DNA of 64,000 nt from an uncultured Bacilli bacterium. GTDB lineage: Bacteria; Bacillota_I; Bacilli_A; RF39; UBA660. The position numbers and the translations under genes are program-made. The notes under the pieces are model-generated. The model did no database searches. It worked only from the letters and a program-made list of their open reading frames with translations, and was not told the origin of the DNA. The stretch lies in assembly GCA_947629935.1 (NCBI GenBank), contig CANRFQ010000002.1, positions 33,638-97,637 of the forward strand, in the 5' to 3' direction. Shown here in pieces: positions 21,753 through 32,444 of this stretch; within the stretch, counting starts at the first letter, position 1, and each line of letters begins with the position of its first letter.

Positions 21753-22694
21753 CTAAAAACGCTTAAGAGCTAAAACATTTGGATTATCTTCATCAAAAGT
21801 ATTAAGATTAAAATTTTGGGAATCCAAATTAAGAGTTATACTGATTTTCTTTAATTCTTCAAAGATATCTTTAATAACGGCTAAATGAAATGGATTAAAC
21901 TCTATTTTATTTAGTAAATATGTGATAATATCATAAGTTTCTTTAATATAATTTTCTTGAAATTGTCTATCGGTAATATGGACTAAATCTTTAATATTGG
22001 CCAAACGGTCGCACAACTTAACAAACATAGCTCTAATAGTCATATCTAACATTTTGGCTTGTAAGTATTTTGTTTTACCTAATAAATTAATTTTATCATT
22101 ATTATTTGTAAGTTCTAAAATCATGCTAACAGCCACAGGCGAAAATTGTTTTTGTAACATTTCTATACTTATATCACTCATTTCTAAAACATCATGCAAC
22201 ATACAACTAACATATACATCATTAATTTCTTGTAAATCCTTTAATGTCTGCATATTAAATAATACTATATAAGAATATGCTAGCTTTAAAACCATTAATG
22301 GGTGGTTTATATAAGGCGTTATACCATCTTTTCTAAATTGCCCTGCATGAATATCTTTAGCAAAATCAATTGCTCTTTTTAAATCATTTGTTAAAAATAA
22401 ATTAGCTATTTCATATTCATTTTCCATAGTTTTTTTGGGTTCTATATTATAAGTAGTAGCCTCATTTAGTTGATCTAAGATGCTTAAATTATAATTATAT
22501 ATTTCCATAATTCTATCCATGTTTCCATAGCGACAGTTTTCTTTAATAGCCTCATCAATATCATCATAAACATGAACATACTGCGTGTAATTAGTATATT
22601 CCCTTGTATCATACCAAATTATTGCATGCGAATAATTTTTCCCTACTCCTCTTAAAACAGCTTTTGCTATTTCAGCTTTACTCATTGCCGTCAT
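21753..22694 (-). CDS. RelA/SpoT-type HD hydrolase (small alarmone hydrolase-like) with extra N-terminal domain
   Basis: HAGQFRKDGITPYINHP, LHDVLE, VKLCDRLAN motifs after an ~85-aa N-terminal domain. Confidence 0.8.
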   Translation of the reverse strand: MTAMSKAEIAKAVLRGVGKNYSHAIIWYDTREYTNYTQYVHVYDDIDEAIKENCRYGNMDRIMEIYNYNLSILDQLNEATTYNIEPKKTMENEYEIANLFLTNDLKRAIDFAKDIHAGQFRKDGITPYINHPLMVLKLAYSYIVLFNMQTLKDLQEINDVYVSCMLHDVLEMSDISIEMLQKQFSPVAVSMILELTNNNDKINLLGKTKYLQAKMLDMTIRAMFVKLCDRLANIKDLVHITDRQFQENYIKETYDIITYLLNKIEFNPFHLAVIKDIFEELKKISITLNLDSQNFNLNTFDEDNPNVLALKRF

Positions 22695-22783
22695 GTAATC
22701 ACCTCTTTCTAATTGCAGTATATAATATTTTTTTATATAATAAAAATATATATTGTTTATATTTAATATAACTGGAGGTTATA

Positions 22784-23665
22784 ATGATAAATTTAGAACT
22801 ATATAAAATTTTTTATGCCGTTGCCACGGAAGCAAATATAAGTAAAGCTAGTGAAAAGTTACATATATCTCAGCCTGCTGTTACAAAACAATTACAAAAA
22901 TTAGAAGCTATGCTTAATAATCCCTTATTTATTAGAACCAAAAAAGGAGCAATCTTAACTGAATTTGGGCAAGACATATTTTTAAAAGTAAAACAAGCTT
23001 TAACATTATTAGAAGATGTAGAAATTCAAGCCCATAATTTTTCTAAACTAGAAGTGGGCACAATAAAAATAGGTATTAGCACTACTTTAACGCGCAAGTT
23101 TCTATTACCCTATATAGAAAAATTTCATCATCTTCATCCTAATATTATTATAGATATTTATACTGACCCGACTAAAACACTTTTAGATAAACTTAAAGCC
23201 GGGACAATTGATTTAATTATTGGGAAACAGCCTAATCTTTTAGAAAATGATTTAGTTTATGAAGAACTTGGTATTCTCAACTATCTATTTATAACTAATG
23301 AAAAATATTTGCCGGTTCCTCCTAAAATAAACATTAAAGATTTAGAAAAATATCCTATTTTACTACCAAAAGAGCCTTCAAGCAGTCGTCAAAGTGCTCT
23401 AAATTATTTAAAACAAAGTAATGTTAAAATAATTCCCAAAATGAATATTGCCAGTTCTAATTTACTGATAGATTTTGTTAAAATGGGTTTCGGAATTGGT
23501 TATGTTACCGATTTATACGTCAAAAACGAGTTACAAAAAAATAATCTCACTATCGTTGATATCAGCCCTACTCCTCCCAAAATTTCCTTTGGCTTAATTT
23601 ATTTAAAAAACAATTCGCGCAGTCATATATGTCAAAAATTTATCGACGGTCTTAAACTAAATTAA
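22784..23665 (+). CDS. LysR-family transcriptional regulator
   Basis: NISKASEKLHISQPAVTKQ..LE..L...LFIR. Confidence 0.95.
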   Translation: MINLELYKIFYAVATEANISKASEKLHISQPAVTKQLQKLEAMLNNPLFIRTKKGAILTEFGQDIFLKVKQALTLLEDVEIQAHNFSKLEVGTIKIGISTTLTRKFLLPYIEKFHHLHPNIIIDIYTDPTKTLLDKLKAGTIDLIIGKQPNLLENDLVYEELGILNYLFITNEKYLPVPPKINIKDLEKYPILLPKEPSSSRQSALNYLKQSNVKIIPKMNIASSNLLIDFVKMGFGIGYVTDLYVKNELQKNNLTIVDISPTPPKISFGLIYLKNNSRSHICQKFIDGLKLN

Positions 23666-24238
23666 GAATAAAAAGATATTTAATATTTTATTAGCAAAAA
23701 AATACAAGAATAAATCATATACTACTATAACCCCAAGAGTAATACCCAATTTTAAAAATAAATTTTTTAAATGTAAGTATAAAGAATCATTTTCTTTAAA
23801 AATAAGAACTCTAAGTAATTTTTTAGTAATTTTTAAAGCTATATAACTAATATACACTAAGCATAAAATAAAAATACATTTACATACCAAAATATGAATT
23901 AAACCAAATAAAATTCCTTTTAATTTAAAAGCACTATATAAAGAAGCTAATAAAAAGCCAATAGATGTACATTCATAAAATAAATAAAATAATATTAAGG
24001 GAACACCTATGATTGAATAAGATAAAAAAACTAAGGCAATAATTGTAATTAAATGCGGTAAAATCATATTTTGATGGGTAGTTTTTATAGTATCTTTTAA
24101 ACCCATCATTTTTTCCATAATTACAGTTTTATTTAAATCACTTTGCATGGAAAAATAAATAATACCAAATAAAATACCTAATAATATTAAAGTAATTATT
24201 AAAACCTTGGCTGCATTTTTATTCTTCATCCTTTTCAT
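23657..24238 (-). CDS. spoIIM: Stage II sporulation protein M-like membrane protein
   Basis: 5 TM helices, SIIGVPLILFYLFYE...IGF pattern typical of SpoIIM. Confidence 0.65.
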   Translation of the reverse strand: MKRMKNKNAAKVLIITLILLGILFGIIYFSMQSDLNKTVIMEKMMGLKDTIKTTHQNMILPHLITIIALVFLSYSIIGVPLILFYLFYECTSIGFLLASLYSAFKLKGILFGLIHILVCKCIFILCLVYISYIALKITKKLLRVLIFKENDSLYLHLKNLFLKLGITLGVIVVYDLFLYFFANKILNIFLFLI

Positions 24239-24313
24239 ATTTTTCACCTAATTAAATATATTTACAATGATATAAAAATATGATAAATTTATTTTGTTGA
24301 GGTGAAATTTAAA

Positions 24314-24409
24314 ATGAGTAAAAAAGCACAAAAAATAGCCGTATGGTCAATGCTTATCGTAATGGTTGTCGGTACCCTTATCGGTATAGCTGCCTATTTA
24401 TTAAGATAA
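24314..24409 (+). CDS. 31-aa single-TM miniprotein (DUF4044/Prli42-like), not in ORF track
   Basis: GAGGTG RBS; MSKKAQKIAVWSMLIVMVVGTLIGIAAYLLR. Confidence 0.7.
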   Translation: MSKKAQKIAVWSMLIVMVVGTLIGIAAYLLR

Positions 24410-24439
24410 AAAAATACTAAATTATTGCATTTAGTATTT

Positions 24440-24886
24440 TTATTTTTTTGACTTTTCTTTTTTTAATAAATCTCTAATTTCTTCTAATAACACTGCTTCT
24501 TCACTTTTAGTTTTTTCAACTGGTTCTTCTTCCTTTTTTGGCATTATTTTATTAATTACTTTAACAATTACAAATATGCATATGGCGATAATTAAAAAAT
24601 CAATAACATTTTGAATAAAATTACCAATCATGATATTGGCATTACCAAAAGTAATTTTTAAAGATGTAAAATCATGACCCCCAATTATTACGCCAATAAC
24701 AGGCATTAAAATATCACTAACTATTGAAGTAACAATCTTACCAAATGCACCTCCTATAATAACACCAACAGCTAAATCAACTACATTACCTTTGGCAATA
24801 AATTCTTTAAATTCATTAATAAATTTATTTCCTTTAATTTTTTTTAAGTTTTCTTTAACATCTTTTTTTATTTCTTTTTTCTCCAT
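24440..24886 (-). CDS. mscL: Large-conductance mechanosensitive channel
   Basis: [37 protein letters not shown]. Confidence 0.97.
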   Translation of the reverse strand: MEKKEIKKDVKENLKKIKGNKFINEFKEFIAKGNVVDLAVGVIIGGAFGKIVTSIVSDILMPVIGVIIGGHDFTSLKITFGNANIMIGNFIQNVIDFLIIAICIFVIVKVINKIMPKKEEEPVEKTKSEEAVLLEEIRDLLKKEKSKK

Positions 24887-24997
24887 TATTACTTCCTCCA
24901 CTTCTTTAATTATATAAAATTATCTTTCTTTTGTATATATTTTTGAAACTTGGTTTTATTTAAGTTTTTTGAAGTTTTAGCTATTCGTTAAGCTACT

Positions 24998-26260
24998 TTA
25001 GCGAAAATAGCGCCTTGCTTGGGCTTCTATGTTTTTCCGATTTTCATTTTCAACTTTGGTTAATCTTTTAATTCTTTCCTTTTCACTTTCTGATTGACCA
25101 TATTTATTTCTTGCACTTTCCATAAGTTTCACATCAGGAGAATAGGATGCTATCTGTGTTAAAATATCCATATTATTTCCTATTTTATTTGTTTCATAAG
25201 CTAACATTAATTGTTCTAAAGTATAAAAATTTGGCATGTTGACGATTAAATTAATTAAATCTTTATTTTGAACAACCCTCTCATCTTTAAAGCAATTAAG
25301 TAAAAGACGAGAATGATACCAACCAGCAGCTTTAGAAAAAGACTTTAATAGTTCTTTATTGTTTCGTAATTTTTCATCTTTTAATGCTTCGTAAATTACC
25401 ATTAGATACCTAGAAAAAGTCATATTATTTTTCGTTTCTAGGTAAGATAAGGCAACTTTAAATATATATTGGCGAATTTTTTCATCTTTATAACATGGTA
25501 AGTCATACATATCCATATAACTACCTGCTGCTTGGCCCTGGTTGTATTTTCTAATTATATACATAAGATTTTCTATTTCTTTTTTTATAATTTCTTCATC
25601 ATCAAAAGAATTTAAAATTTTGTCTATTTTATTATTAAAATTTTTTCTTTGCTCACCTTCTATAGAAAAATATTCTTTTAAAAGAAAGGCATTATTAAGT
25701 TTCTTATTTTCTAATAATCCTTTTATGGTATCTTCTTCATATTGCAGATAATTACCATGTGATAATACATCTAATATTTCCGGATCACTTAAGTAAGAAG
25801 AATTTTCAATACAAACGACAAAATAAGTTTGTAAACTTCCTTTAACTGTTCTACAATTAAATAGCATTTTTTTTAGACTATCGATATCGGAATACATTTC
25901 TTGCATTTTCTTTTTATTGTCTTCATTTCGCATCCTAACTCTACTCATACCATAAACTAGAGCACTTTTTATACTTGCTGGGGTAGTTTTTACCCATTCG
26001 ATTAGTTCAGCATCTTGGTTAATCCATTTTTTGTTAAATAATTTAAGATCATTGTCCAAAAATGATGTATCATCATTATTAACTAAATAATCATAGATTC
26101 CCTTTTTATGCTTAAATTTTTTTATAGATTCTAATAACTCGATATAACTATCTCGCTGAATTTCTCTTCTATGAGACATATAATCATCATAAAATACATC
26201 ATAACTTCTTTCTAACTCTTTATCGCCATCGGCTGAAAAATCATATACAATTGATTCCAT
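24998..26260 (-). CDS. Hypothetical alpha-helical protein with degenerate ~30-aa repeats
   Basis: GGAGGAAG RBS; repeated xKDExxxxNxxLLxxxxx pattern in the C-terminal half. Confidence 0.65.
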   Translation of the reverse strand: MESIVYDFSADGDKELERSYDVFYDDYMSHRREIQRDSYIELLESIKKFKHKKGIYDYLVNNDDTSFLDNDLKLFNKKWINQDAELIEWVKTTPASIKSALVYGMSRVRMRNEDNKKKMQEMYSDIDSLKKMLFNCRTVKGSLQTYFVVCIENSSYLSDPEILDVLSHGNYLQYEEDTIKGLLENKKLNNAFLLKEYFSIEGEQRKNFNNKIDKILNSFDDEEIIKKEIENLMYIIRKYNQGQAAGSYMDMYDLPCYKDEKIRQYIFKVALSYLETKNNMTFSRYLMVIYEALKDEKLRNNKELLKSFSKAAGWYHSRLLLNCFKDERVVQNKDLINLIVNMPNFYTLEQLMLAYETNKIGNNMDILTQIASYSPDVKLMESARNKYGQSESEKERIKRLTKVENENRKNIEAQARRYFR

Positions 26261-26291
26261 TTTACTTCCTCCGTATTTTAATTATATCTAA

Positions 26292-26918
26292 TTAACTTGT
26301 AATAGTATATGTTTTTTTATAATGACTTTCTAATGAGTCTGGTTTTTCCTCATTTATTCCCCAACGTAAGCGAATTTCTAAATATAAATCATTAAAATTA
26401 TGAAATGTGTTCTTTTTAAACATATTTAATTTTCCATCAAAATCACTATGAAAGATATCTTGGTAATTATCATTTATTTGTTTGAAATAAGCATAATTAT
26501 TATATAGTTGCTCTAAAGAAGACTGCAAATTGTCAACAGAAATGCTTCCTGTTATTTCATTAATCTGATTATTAATATCTTTTAAAATTTTACAATATTC
26601 ACTCTTAGCACGTCTAATAATTACTGGTTTAATTTCTGGTAAACTTTGGTACCTATTCCAAGTGATATCATTCCAAATATTATCAATAATCCTATCGGCT
26701 TGTTTAACTAAATGATTAATTTCAATACTGTAAATAACTCCCATTTGTTGTTTAACATTTTTCAACATATGTTCTATTTTAGTTATTTCTCGTTTTAAAT
26801 TAACTATTTCTTCAATTTCGTCATTATTATCTTGAGCTATTGCTTTTAAAGCACTTTGATATTGTTTTAAATAATTAATAATCGTCACAAGCTGGGTTTT
26901 AACAACCGCCTCACTCAT
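26292..26918 (-). CDS. Hypothetical coiled-coil protein
   Basis: GAGGTGGA RBS; 208-aa ORF. Confidence 0.65.
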   Translation of the reverse strand: MSEAVVKTQLVTIINYLKQYQSALKAIAQDNNDEIEEIVNLKREITKIEHMLKNVKQQMGVIYSIEINHLVKQADRIIDNIWNDITWNRYQSLPEIKPVIIRRAKSEYCKILKDINNQINEITGSISVDNLQSSLEQLYNNYAYFKQINDNYQDIFHSDFDGKLNMFKKNTFHNFNDLYLEIRLRWGINEEKPDSLESHYKKTYTITS

Positions 26919-26970
26919 TTATAATCCACCTCTTTATAGTTTTATATCTTATCGCAAATAAAAAAAATAA

Positions 26971-27630
26971 TCAATTAGAAACTAATATCTTTTTGATTAT
27001 TTTTATTTGTTTTTTAATTTTCATTCTAATTAATATTTTTAATTTCGGAACTTTGTTTAAAATAGTAATATTTTTAGTTAATAAATAATGAAAATAATCT
27101 TTACTATCCTTCTTTTTAATTAAAATTGGCCCATACATGAGCTCGGAGTAATTGTATTTATGTACTCCTTTTATAAATTCAATTATGACATAGTATTTAT
27201 TTTTATCTAAAACAACTACTTCCTGCTTTATGATATAGCCTCTACTATTCATTACTTTTCTTAATGAAAATAAATCATTATTACTTTGGACAATAATTTT
27301 TTCAATATTTTCTAATTTATGCGCGTCAGCTAAAATTTTTAAAATAGTAGATGTTCCCATTCCAGAAATAACCACAGTATTAAAGCCTTTAACATTTATA
27401 TTTGTCAGACCATCACTTAAAACTGTCATTATTTTATCTTCCATTTTCTCCTTTTTAATATTTGCAATGGCATTATTTAAAGCATTTTGATTAATGTCAC
27501 TAGCTATTAATTTAGCACAGCCTAAATGAGCAAGATAAAGACACAAATATCCATGATCACAGCCAATATCTATAACATTATCTTTCTTTTTAATTAAAGA
27601 AGCAATAGCTTTTAATCTTAAAGAGAGCAT
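26971..27630 (-). CDS. trmK: tRNA (adenine22-N1)-methyltransferase
   Basis: LSLRL..IA, DIGCDHGYL, SDGL, ISGMG; downstream of sigA. Confidence 0.93.
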   Translation of the reverse strand: MLSLRLKAIASLIKKKDNVIDIGCDHGYLCLYLAHLGCAKLIASDINQNALNNAIANIKKEKMEDKIMTVLSDGLTNINVKGFNTVVISGMGTSTILKILADAHKLENIEKIIVQSNNDLFSLRKVMNSRGYIIKQEVVVLDKNKYYVIIEFIKGVHKYNYSELMYGPILIKKKDSKDYFHYLLTKNITILNKVPKLKILIRMKIKKQIKIIKKILVSN

Positions 27631-28721
27631 TAGTCATCACTTAAGAAGTCTTTTAACTTTTTAGCACGAGAAGGATGTCTTAATTTACGTAAAGCTTTGG
27701 CTTCAATTTGACGAATACGTTCACGCGTAACATTAAATCTTTTTCCTACTTCTTCTAGAGTATGACTTGTTCCATCAATAAGACCAAATCTTAATTCCAA
27801 TACTTCTTGTTCTCTTTCTTGTAAAGTCATTAAAACATTTTTTATTTCCTCTTTTAATATTTCATTAGTGGCATATTCCTCTGGAGACATGCTATTAATA
27901 TCTGGTAAAAAGTCTCCTAGGTGAGAATCATCTTCCTCGCCAATTGGTGTCTCCAAAGAAACTGGATCTTGAGATATTTTAATAACTTCACGAACTTTTT
28001 CGACGGTAATACCCATTCTCTTTGCTATCTCTTCTTCAGATGGTTCACGATTTAATTCCAAAGTCATTTGTCTTTGAATACGTACCATTTTATTAATTGT
28101 TTCTACCATATGAACTGGAACACGAATAGTTCGCGCTTGGTCAGCTAAAGCTCGGGTAATAGCTTGTCTAATCCACCAAGTAGCATAAGTAGAAAACTTA
28201 TATCCTTTATCATAATCAAATTTCTCAACGGCTTTCATTAGCCCAATATTTCCTTCTTGAATTAAATCAAGAAATAAAAGACCGCGACCTACATAACGTT
28301 TGGCAATAGAAACTACTAAACGTAAATTGGATTCCGCCAATTTGTTTTTAGCCATCTCATCTCCCGCTGCGGAAGCTATGGATAACTCTCTTTCTTCTTC
28401 GGCTGAAAGTAAGCTAATACGGCCAATTTCTTTTAAATACATACGAACGGGATCATTGATATTGACGTCCTTAGTTATTTCTTCATCATTTAAAATCTCA
28501 ACTTCATTTTTAGATTTTGAAGAGTCGCCACCTTCCTCATCTTCAGCTATTATTTCAATATTGTTTTCAACAAAAAAATTATATAAATCATCTAAAGTAT
28601 CATTATCAACTTCTAGACCTTTTAAAGCATTAGCTAATTCTTCAAAAGTAATATACCCTCTTGTCTTTCCTAATTTTAATAAATCTTTTTTTCTTTCCTC
28701 TAAACTTTTTATTTCTACCAT
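27630..28721 (-). CDS. sigA: Primary RNA polymerase sigma factor
   Basis: [48 protein letters not shown]. Confidence 0.98.
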   Translation of the reverse strand: MVEIKSLEERKKDLLKLGKTRGYITFEELANALKGLEVDNDTLDDLYNFFVENNIEIIAEDEEGGDSSKSKNEVEILNDEEITKDVNINDPVRMYLKEIGRISLLSAEEERELSIASAAGDEMAKNKLAESNLRLVVSIAKRYVGRGLLFLDLIQEGNIGLMKAVEKFDYDKGYKFSTYATWWIRQAITRALADQARTIRVPVHMVETINKMVRIQRQMTLELNREPSEEEIAKRMGITVEKVREVIKISQDPVSLETPIGEEDDSHLGDFLPDINSMSPEEYATNEILKEEIKNVLMTLQEREQEVLELRFGLIDGTSHTLEEVGKRFNVTRERIRQIEAKALRKLRHPSRAKKLKDFLSDD

Positions 28722-28722
28722 T

Positions 28723-30483
28723 TTAAACACTTCCTTTTTTAAGCTCTGCTATTTGCATTGCAATTTCTATTTTTTTATTTTTATCTAATTCTTCTTTTAA
28801 ACTTTGTTTTAATTCTTTAATTGTCTTTTGTTTATTACCTTTTTGAATACTATTTAAATAATCCATAAATACATTTTCATCCAATTGTTCTTCACTACCC
28901 TCATTTATTATATCCAAAACTTCTGGATAAAAACGTTCATTGGTACTGGCATATGTTAAAAAATCAGCCATACTAATTGTTTTATTTGATTCATAATAAT
29001 AAATAATAGCTTTGGCAATCTCGCGAAAATTTAAATTGTCTAAGAAAACCAAATTATCTTGATATATGCGTATGTACTTTGCTTCATTTATCATATAAAA
29101 TAATAGTTTCTTACAAGCAACTTGATAAGTATTATTTTTAACTTGCTTCTTTAACGCAATCTCACTTTCAACCTTAAATTCGGTTTTTTCTGCATTATTT
29201 TTATTCGCAGTAATATTTTGGAGTTTTTCTTTGAGCATATCATACTCTAAGTTATAATCCGTAGCTAATTTTTTTAAAGTAACATCAATTAACAGCGGAT
29301 CTTGTTCAAAAGCAATATCTAAAAGAACATCATTAATATAATTAACTAAATCTACAGCTTGCTCTAAATTTTTATTTTGTTTTAAATAATTTAAACTAAA
29401 ATCAAAATATTTTAAGGGCTCTTTTAAATTTTTTTGAAAAGCCTCAATGCCATTTTTTAAAATATATTCATCAGGATCTTTAGCCCCACTTAATTTAATT
29501 ACTTCAATTTCAAAATTATCTTTTTTAAGTAACTGACCTATATCATAAATAGCTTTTTGACCTGCACTATCATTATCTAAACATAAAACTACTTTAGCAT
29601 TTAACTTTTTTAATAAGACAATCTGATCTTTTGTAAGAGAAGTTCCCATAATAGCTAAAATATTTTTAACCCCATTAATATATAGACGAATAGCATCCAT
29701 GTATCCTTCTACCAAAATAACTGCTTTTTCATTACGAATAAATGGCTTCGCCCTGTGATAATTAAATAAAATTTGCCCTTTTTTAAAAATAATAGTTTCT
29801 CTTGTATTAACGTATTTAGCAGCTTCACTTTCATAATAAACACGACCACTAAAGCCAACAATATGGCCATTGGGATCATGTAAAGGAAACATTATTCGAT
29901 TAACAAAATAATCATATGGACTATCATGAGTATTTACTAAGGCGACATCATCCATTTCTTTTTCCGTATATTTCTTACTTTTTAATAATCTATATAACAT
30001 TTGTCGATCAGTCAAAGTTAATCCAATACCGAATTCCGCTATGGCATTTTTATCTAAACCTCTTTGCTGCAAATATTCTCGCGCTTGAATACCTAACTCG
30101 GTTTTTAAATTATTTTGAAAAAATTTCTGCGCAAGATCCATCATGTCATAATATCTAGTGTTTTTATCATTTTGTTTTATATTTATAGCATTTGATAAAG
30201 TTATTCCATAACGTTTGGCCAAAATATCAACAGCTTCCAAAAAGGAAACATTTTCATAATTTTGAACAAAAGTTATTACATTACCAGCAGCCCCACAAGA
30301 AAAACATTTATAAATTTGTTTTTCAGCCGAAACACTCATACTTGGGGAATGATCCTCATGAAAAGGACAAACCCCAAAATAATTTTTACCTTTGTGCATC
30401 AGTGGAATATAGCTACTAATAACTTCTACTATATCAGCATGCATACGAACGTTATTAATTTCCTCTAGTGGAAGTATTGCCAT
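28723..30483 (-). CDS. dnaG: DNA primase
   Basis: CPFH...CFSC zinc ribbon, RIMFP, KYVNT, VEGYMD, LDND, KDPDE. Confidence 0.97.
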   Translation of the reverse strand: MAILPLEEINNVRMHADIVEVISSYIPLMHKGKNYFGVCPFHEDHSPSMSVSAEKQIYKCFSCGAAGNVITFVQNYENVSFLEAVDILAKRYGITLSNAINIKQNDKNTRYYDMMDLAQKFFQNNLKTELGIQAREYLQQRGLDKNAIAEFGIGLTLTDRQMLYRLLKSKKYTEKEMDDVALVNTHDSPYDYFVNRIMFPLHDPNGHIVGFSGRVYYESEAAKYVNTRETIIFKKGQILFNYHRAKPFIRNEKAVILVEGYMDAIRLYINGVKNILAIMGTSLTKDQIVLLKKLNAKVVLCLDNDSAGQKAIYDIGQLLKKDNFEIEVIKLSGAKDPDEYILKNGIEAFQKNLKEPLKYFDFSLNYLKQNKNLEQAVDLVNYINDVLLDIAFEQDPLLIDVTLKKLATDYNLEYDMLKEKLQNITANKNNAEKTEFKVESEIALKKQVKNNTYQVACKKLLFYMINEAKYIRIYQDNLVFLDNLNFREIAKAIIYYYESNKTISMADFLTYASTNERFYPEVLDIINEGSEEQLDENVFMDYLNSIQKGNKQKTIKELKQSLKEELDKNKKIEIAMQIAELKKGSV

Positions 30484-30604
30484 ATCTTCACACCCCTCTA
30501 CTATTTATATATTATAGGTAAAGGCCTAATTTCCTTTTTTTTCTTGCAAAAATGGCAAATTTTTTTAATTTTTTGCTACTTTTTCCTTTTTTTAACCATA
30601 ATTT

Positions 30605-31507
30605 TTAATATTTTGGCGTAATTTTAGTTAAAAGAGGAACATAATCTTTTATATCCTCTTGCGTCATTTCACAAGTAATGTTGTGGGGTTTAGAAACAAC
30701 TTTGCCATTTTCAATAGCATAATTTTCATAATTAGGATGATTATAAAATACATCTTCTCTTTCCCTTAAAGCTTTTCCATACTCATCTATATCATTATAT
30801 AAAGGACGAATAGCATTATTAGAAAAAATCGTTTTTAAATCGTCAGTAAATATATTGCCAAGACAATTACTGCCATTTACAGCATAAGTTGAATTACAAT
30901 TCACAATATTACCTTCCACATCAAAACTAACAAGAGGTCCAACATAATGAAATTTTTGACCTTTATACTCTTCCAGATAATTAATAAAACCTAGAACCGC
31001 AGGTTTAGCTTTTTTATAATAATTTATTTGCGTAGCGTTACCAATATCATATAAACATTTTGGTAACTTCTTTATTCCAGCAAAATGTTTTTCTTGCATT
31101 ATTTTTTTAACATTTTCATAATAATCAAGCAATAACCCATTTCTTAAAATACTTTGATCATGAAAATAATCGCCACTTATATAAATTTTTCCCTCTAAAA
31201 AATGACTCTTAAGTAATTGAAAGAAATTTGGATTATACAGGGTTCCATTTGTAATAACTTCATATTGTCCCACTGTAACATGTTTTTCTTTTAAGACTTT
31301 AAGCAAAAGTTTTAATTCTTCCCATGCCAGTTGTACTTCGCCCCCACTTATAACCAGTCTATTACAAAAAACTGTATCATTAAAAATAGCTTCTAGAACT
31401 TTTTTGGTGATTTTTTTGCCTGTAGGCTTGCCCTTCATACACATATCACAATCTAAATTACATACCTGTGCTAGCTCAATCGATAAAGTATCAATTAAAT
31501 ATTTCAT
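30605..31507 (-). CDS. Radical SAM protein with short SPASM/twitch-like tail
   Basis: CNLDCDMC, ISGGE, VITNGT, GNIVNC...LGNI. Confidence 0.85.
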   Translation of the reverse strand: MKYLIDTLSIELAQVCNLDCDMCMKGKPTGKKITKKVLEAIFNDTVFCNRLVISGGEVQLAWEELKLLLKVLKEKHVTVGQYEVITNGTLYNPNFFQLLKSHFLEGKIYISGDYFHDQSILRNGLLLDYYENVKKIMQEKHFAGIKKLPKCLYDIGNATQINYYKKAKPAVLGFINYLEEYKGQKFHYVGPLVSFDVEGNIVNCNSTYAVNGSNCLGNIFTDDLKTIFSNNAIRPLYNDIDEYGKALREREDVFYNHPNYENYAIENGKVVSKPHNITCEMTQEDIKDYVPLLTKITPKY

Positions 31508-31562
31508 ATTAACCCCCACCAATTGCCCCTTATAATAGCACAAAAGAAAAAAATTTGCAAAA

Positions 31563-32444
31563 TTAGATTACAAATTTTCGATCAAAAATTTTATTTCCTA
31601 AACTAACTAAAAAGATGGCAATAAATATTCCATAATAAATATGCAAAAATACCATTAAAATAAAATTCAAAAGAGCAATTAAGACGCTATAAATTATTTT
31701 ACCTTTTTTAGTGTAACTACTAGTCAATGTTTGCGGAGCGATAAAAACAGCACCAAAAATAGTAAATCCTGATAAAAATAATTGCCACAAATTATAATCG
31801 TAGGAAATTAAACTATATATCACCATTAAAATTATCGAAGTAATAATAATATAAAACGGTATATCTTTTTTATAAACTGGTGTCGTAGTCAAAATAATAA
31901 AACTAACTAAACACCAAAAATTACTTGTGGTAAAAGTCCCACCAATACTTCTTCCCATGAAGATATTTAAATAAGACAAGCTTAAATTTGTTTCATAATT
32001 AGAAGCATAAGCATTTAAATTAAATAAATTTAAACTAACTATTAGAATCAAAAGAAGTAAAGATATAACATTTACTTTCGTATCTAATTTGAAAAATTTA
32101 CAAAAACATATTGCAACGAATAAAATTAAAGTTAATAGTAAATAATTGCAATCCATAGGCATTACCATACAGATAATTAAACTATAAAGAGGAATAAAAC
32201 GATTGTATTCTTTAAATGGCTTTTTTAAATAAAATTTTTGATATAAATACTCTACTAATAAGCCAATACCTAACCCAATAATTATTAAAAGAAGTGGCTT
32301 TAATAAATAAATAAAGCTAGCTTTTTGATAATTTAAAATAATATTTTTATATAGACCATAAAATATTAAAGGAATTAAAGCAAGATAATAACGATTAAAA
32401 TAACTTTGATAAGAATTATTACTTTTCAGATAAGGAGTTTTCAT
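31563..32444 (-). CDS. rnfD: RnfD/NqrB-family membrane subunit (degenerate)
   Basis: TPYLKS N-terminus, ~9 TM helices, LSGFTIFGAVFIA...TSSYTKKGKIIY; coupled to rnfC. Confidence 0.75.
   Translation of the reverse strand: MKTPYLKSNNSYQSYFNRYYLALIPLIFYGLYKNIILNYQKASFIYLLKPLLLIIIGLGIGLLVEYLYQKFYLKKPFKEYNRFIPLYSLIICMVMPMDCNYLLLTLILFVAICFCKFFKLDTKVNVISLLLLILIVSLNLFNLNAYASNYETNLSLSYLNIFMGRSIGGTFTTSNFWCLVSFIILTTTPVYKKDIPFYIIITSIILMVIYSLISYDYNLWQLFLSGFTIFGAVFIAPQTLTSSYTKKGKIIYSVLIALLNFILMVFLHIYYGIFIAIFLVSLGNKIFDRKFVI

Noticed and set aside
28300-28788. 162-aa + strand ORF, and similar antisense ORFs at 9071, 10656, 12538, 14710, 16329, 17240, 21997, 25542, 29916-30468, 36006, 36654, 38511, 39758, 40909, 41300, 44367, 45657, 46035, 51740, 53395, 60426
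   Set aside because: Shadow frames opposite well-supported genes, with no convincing RBS or motif.
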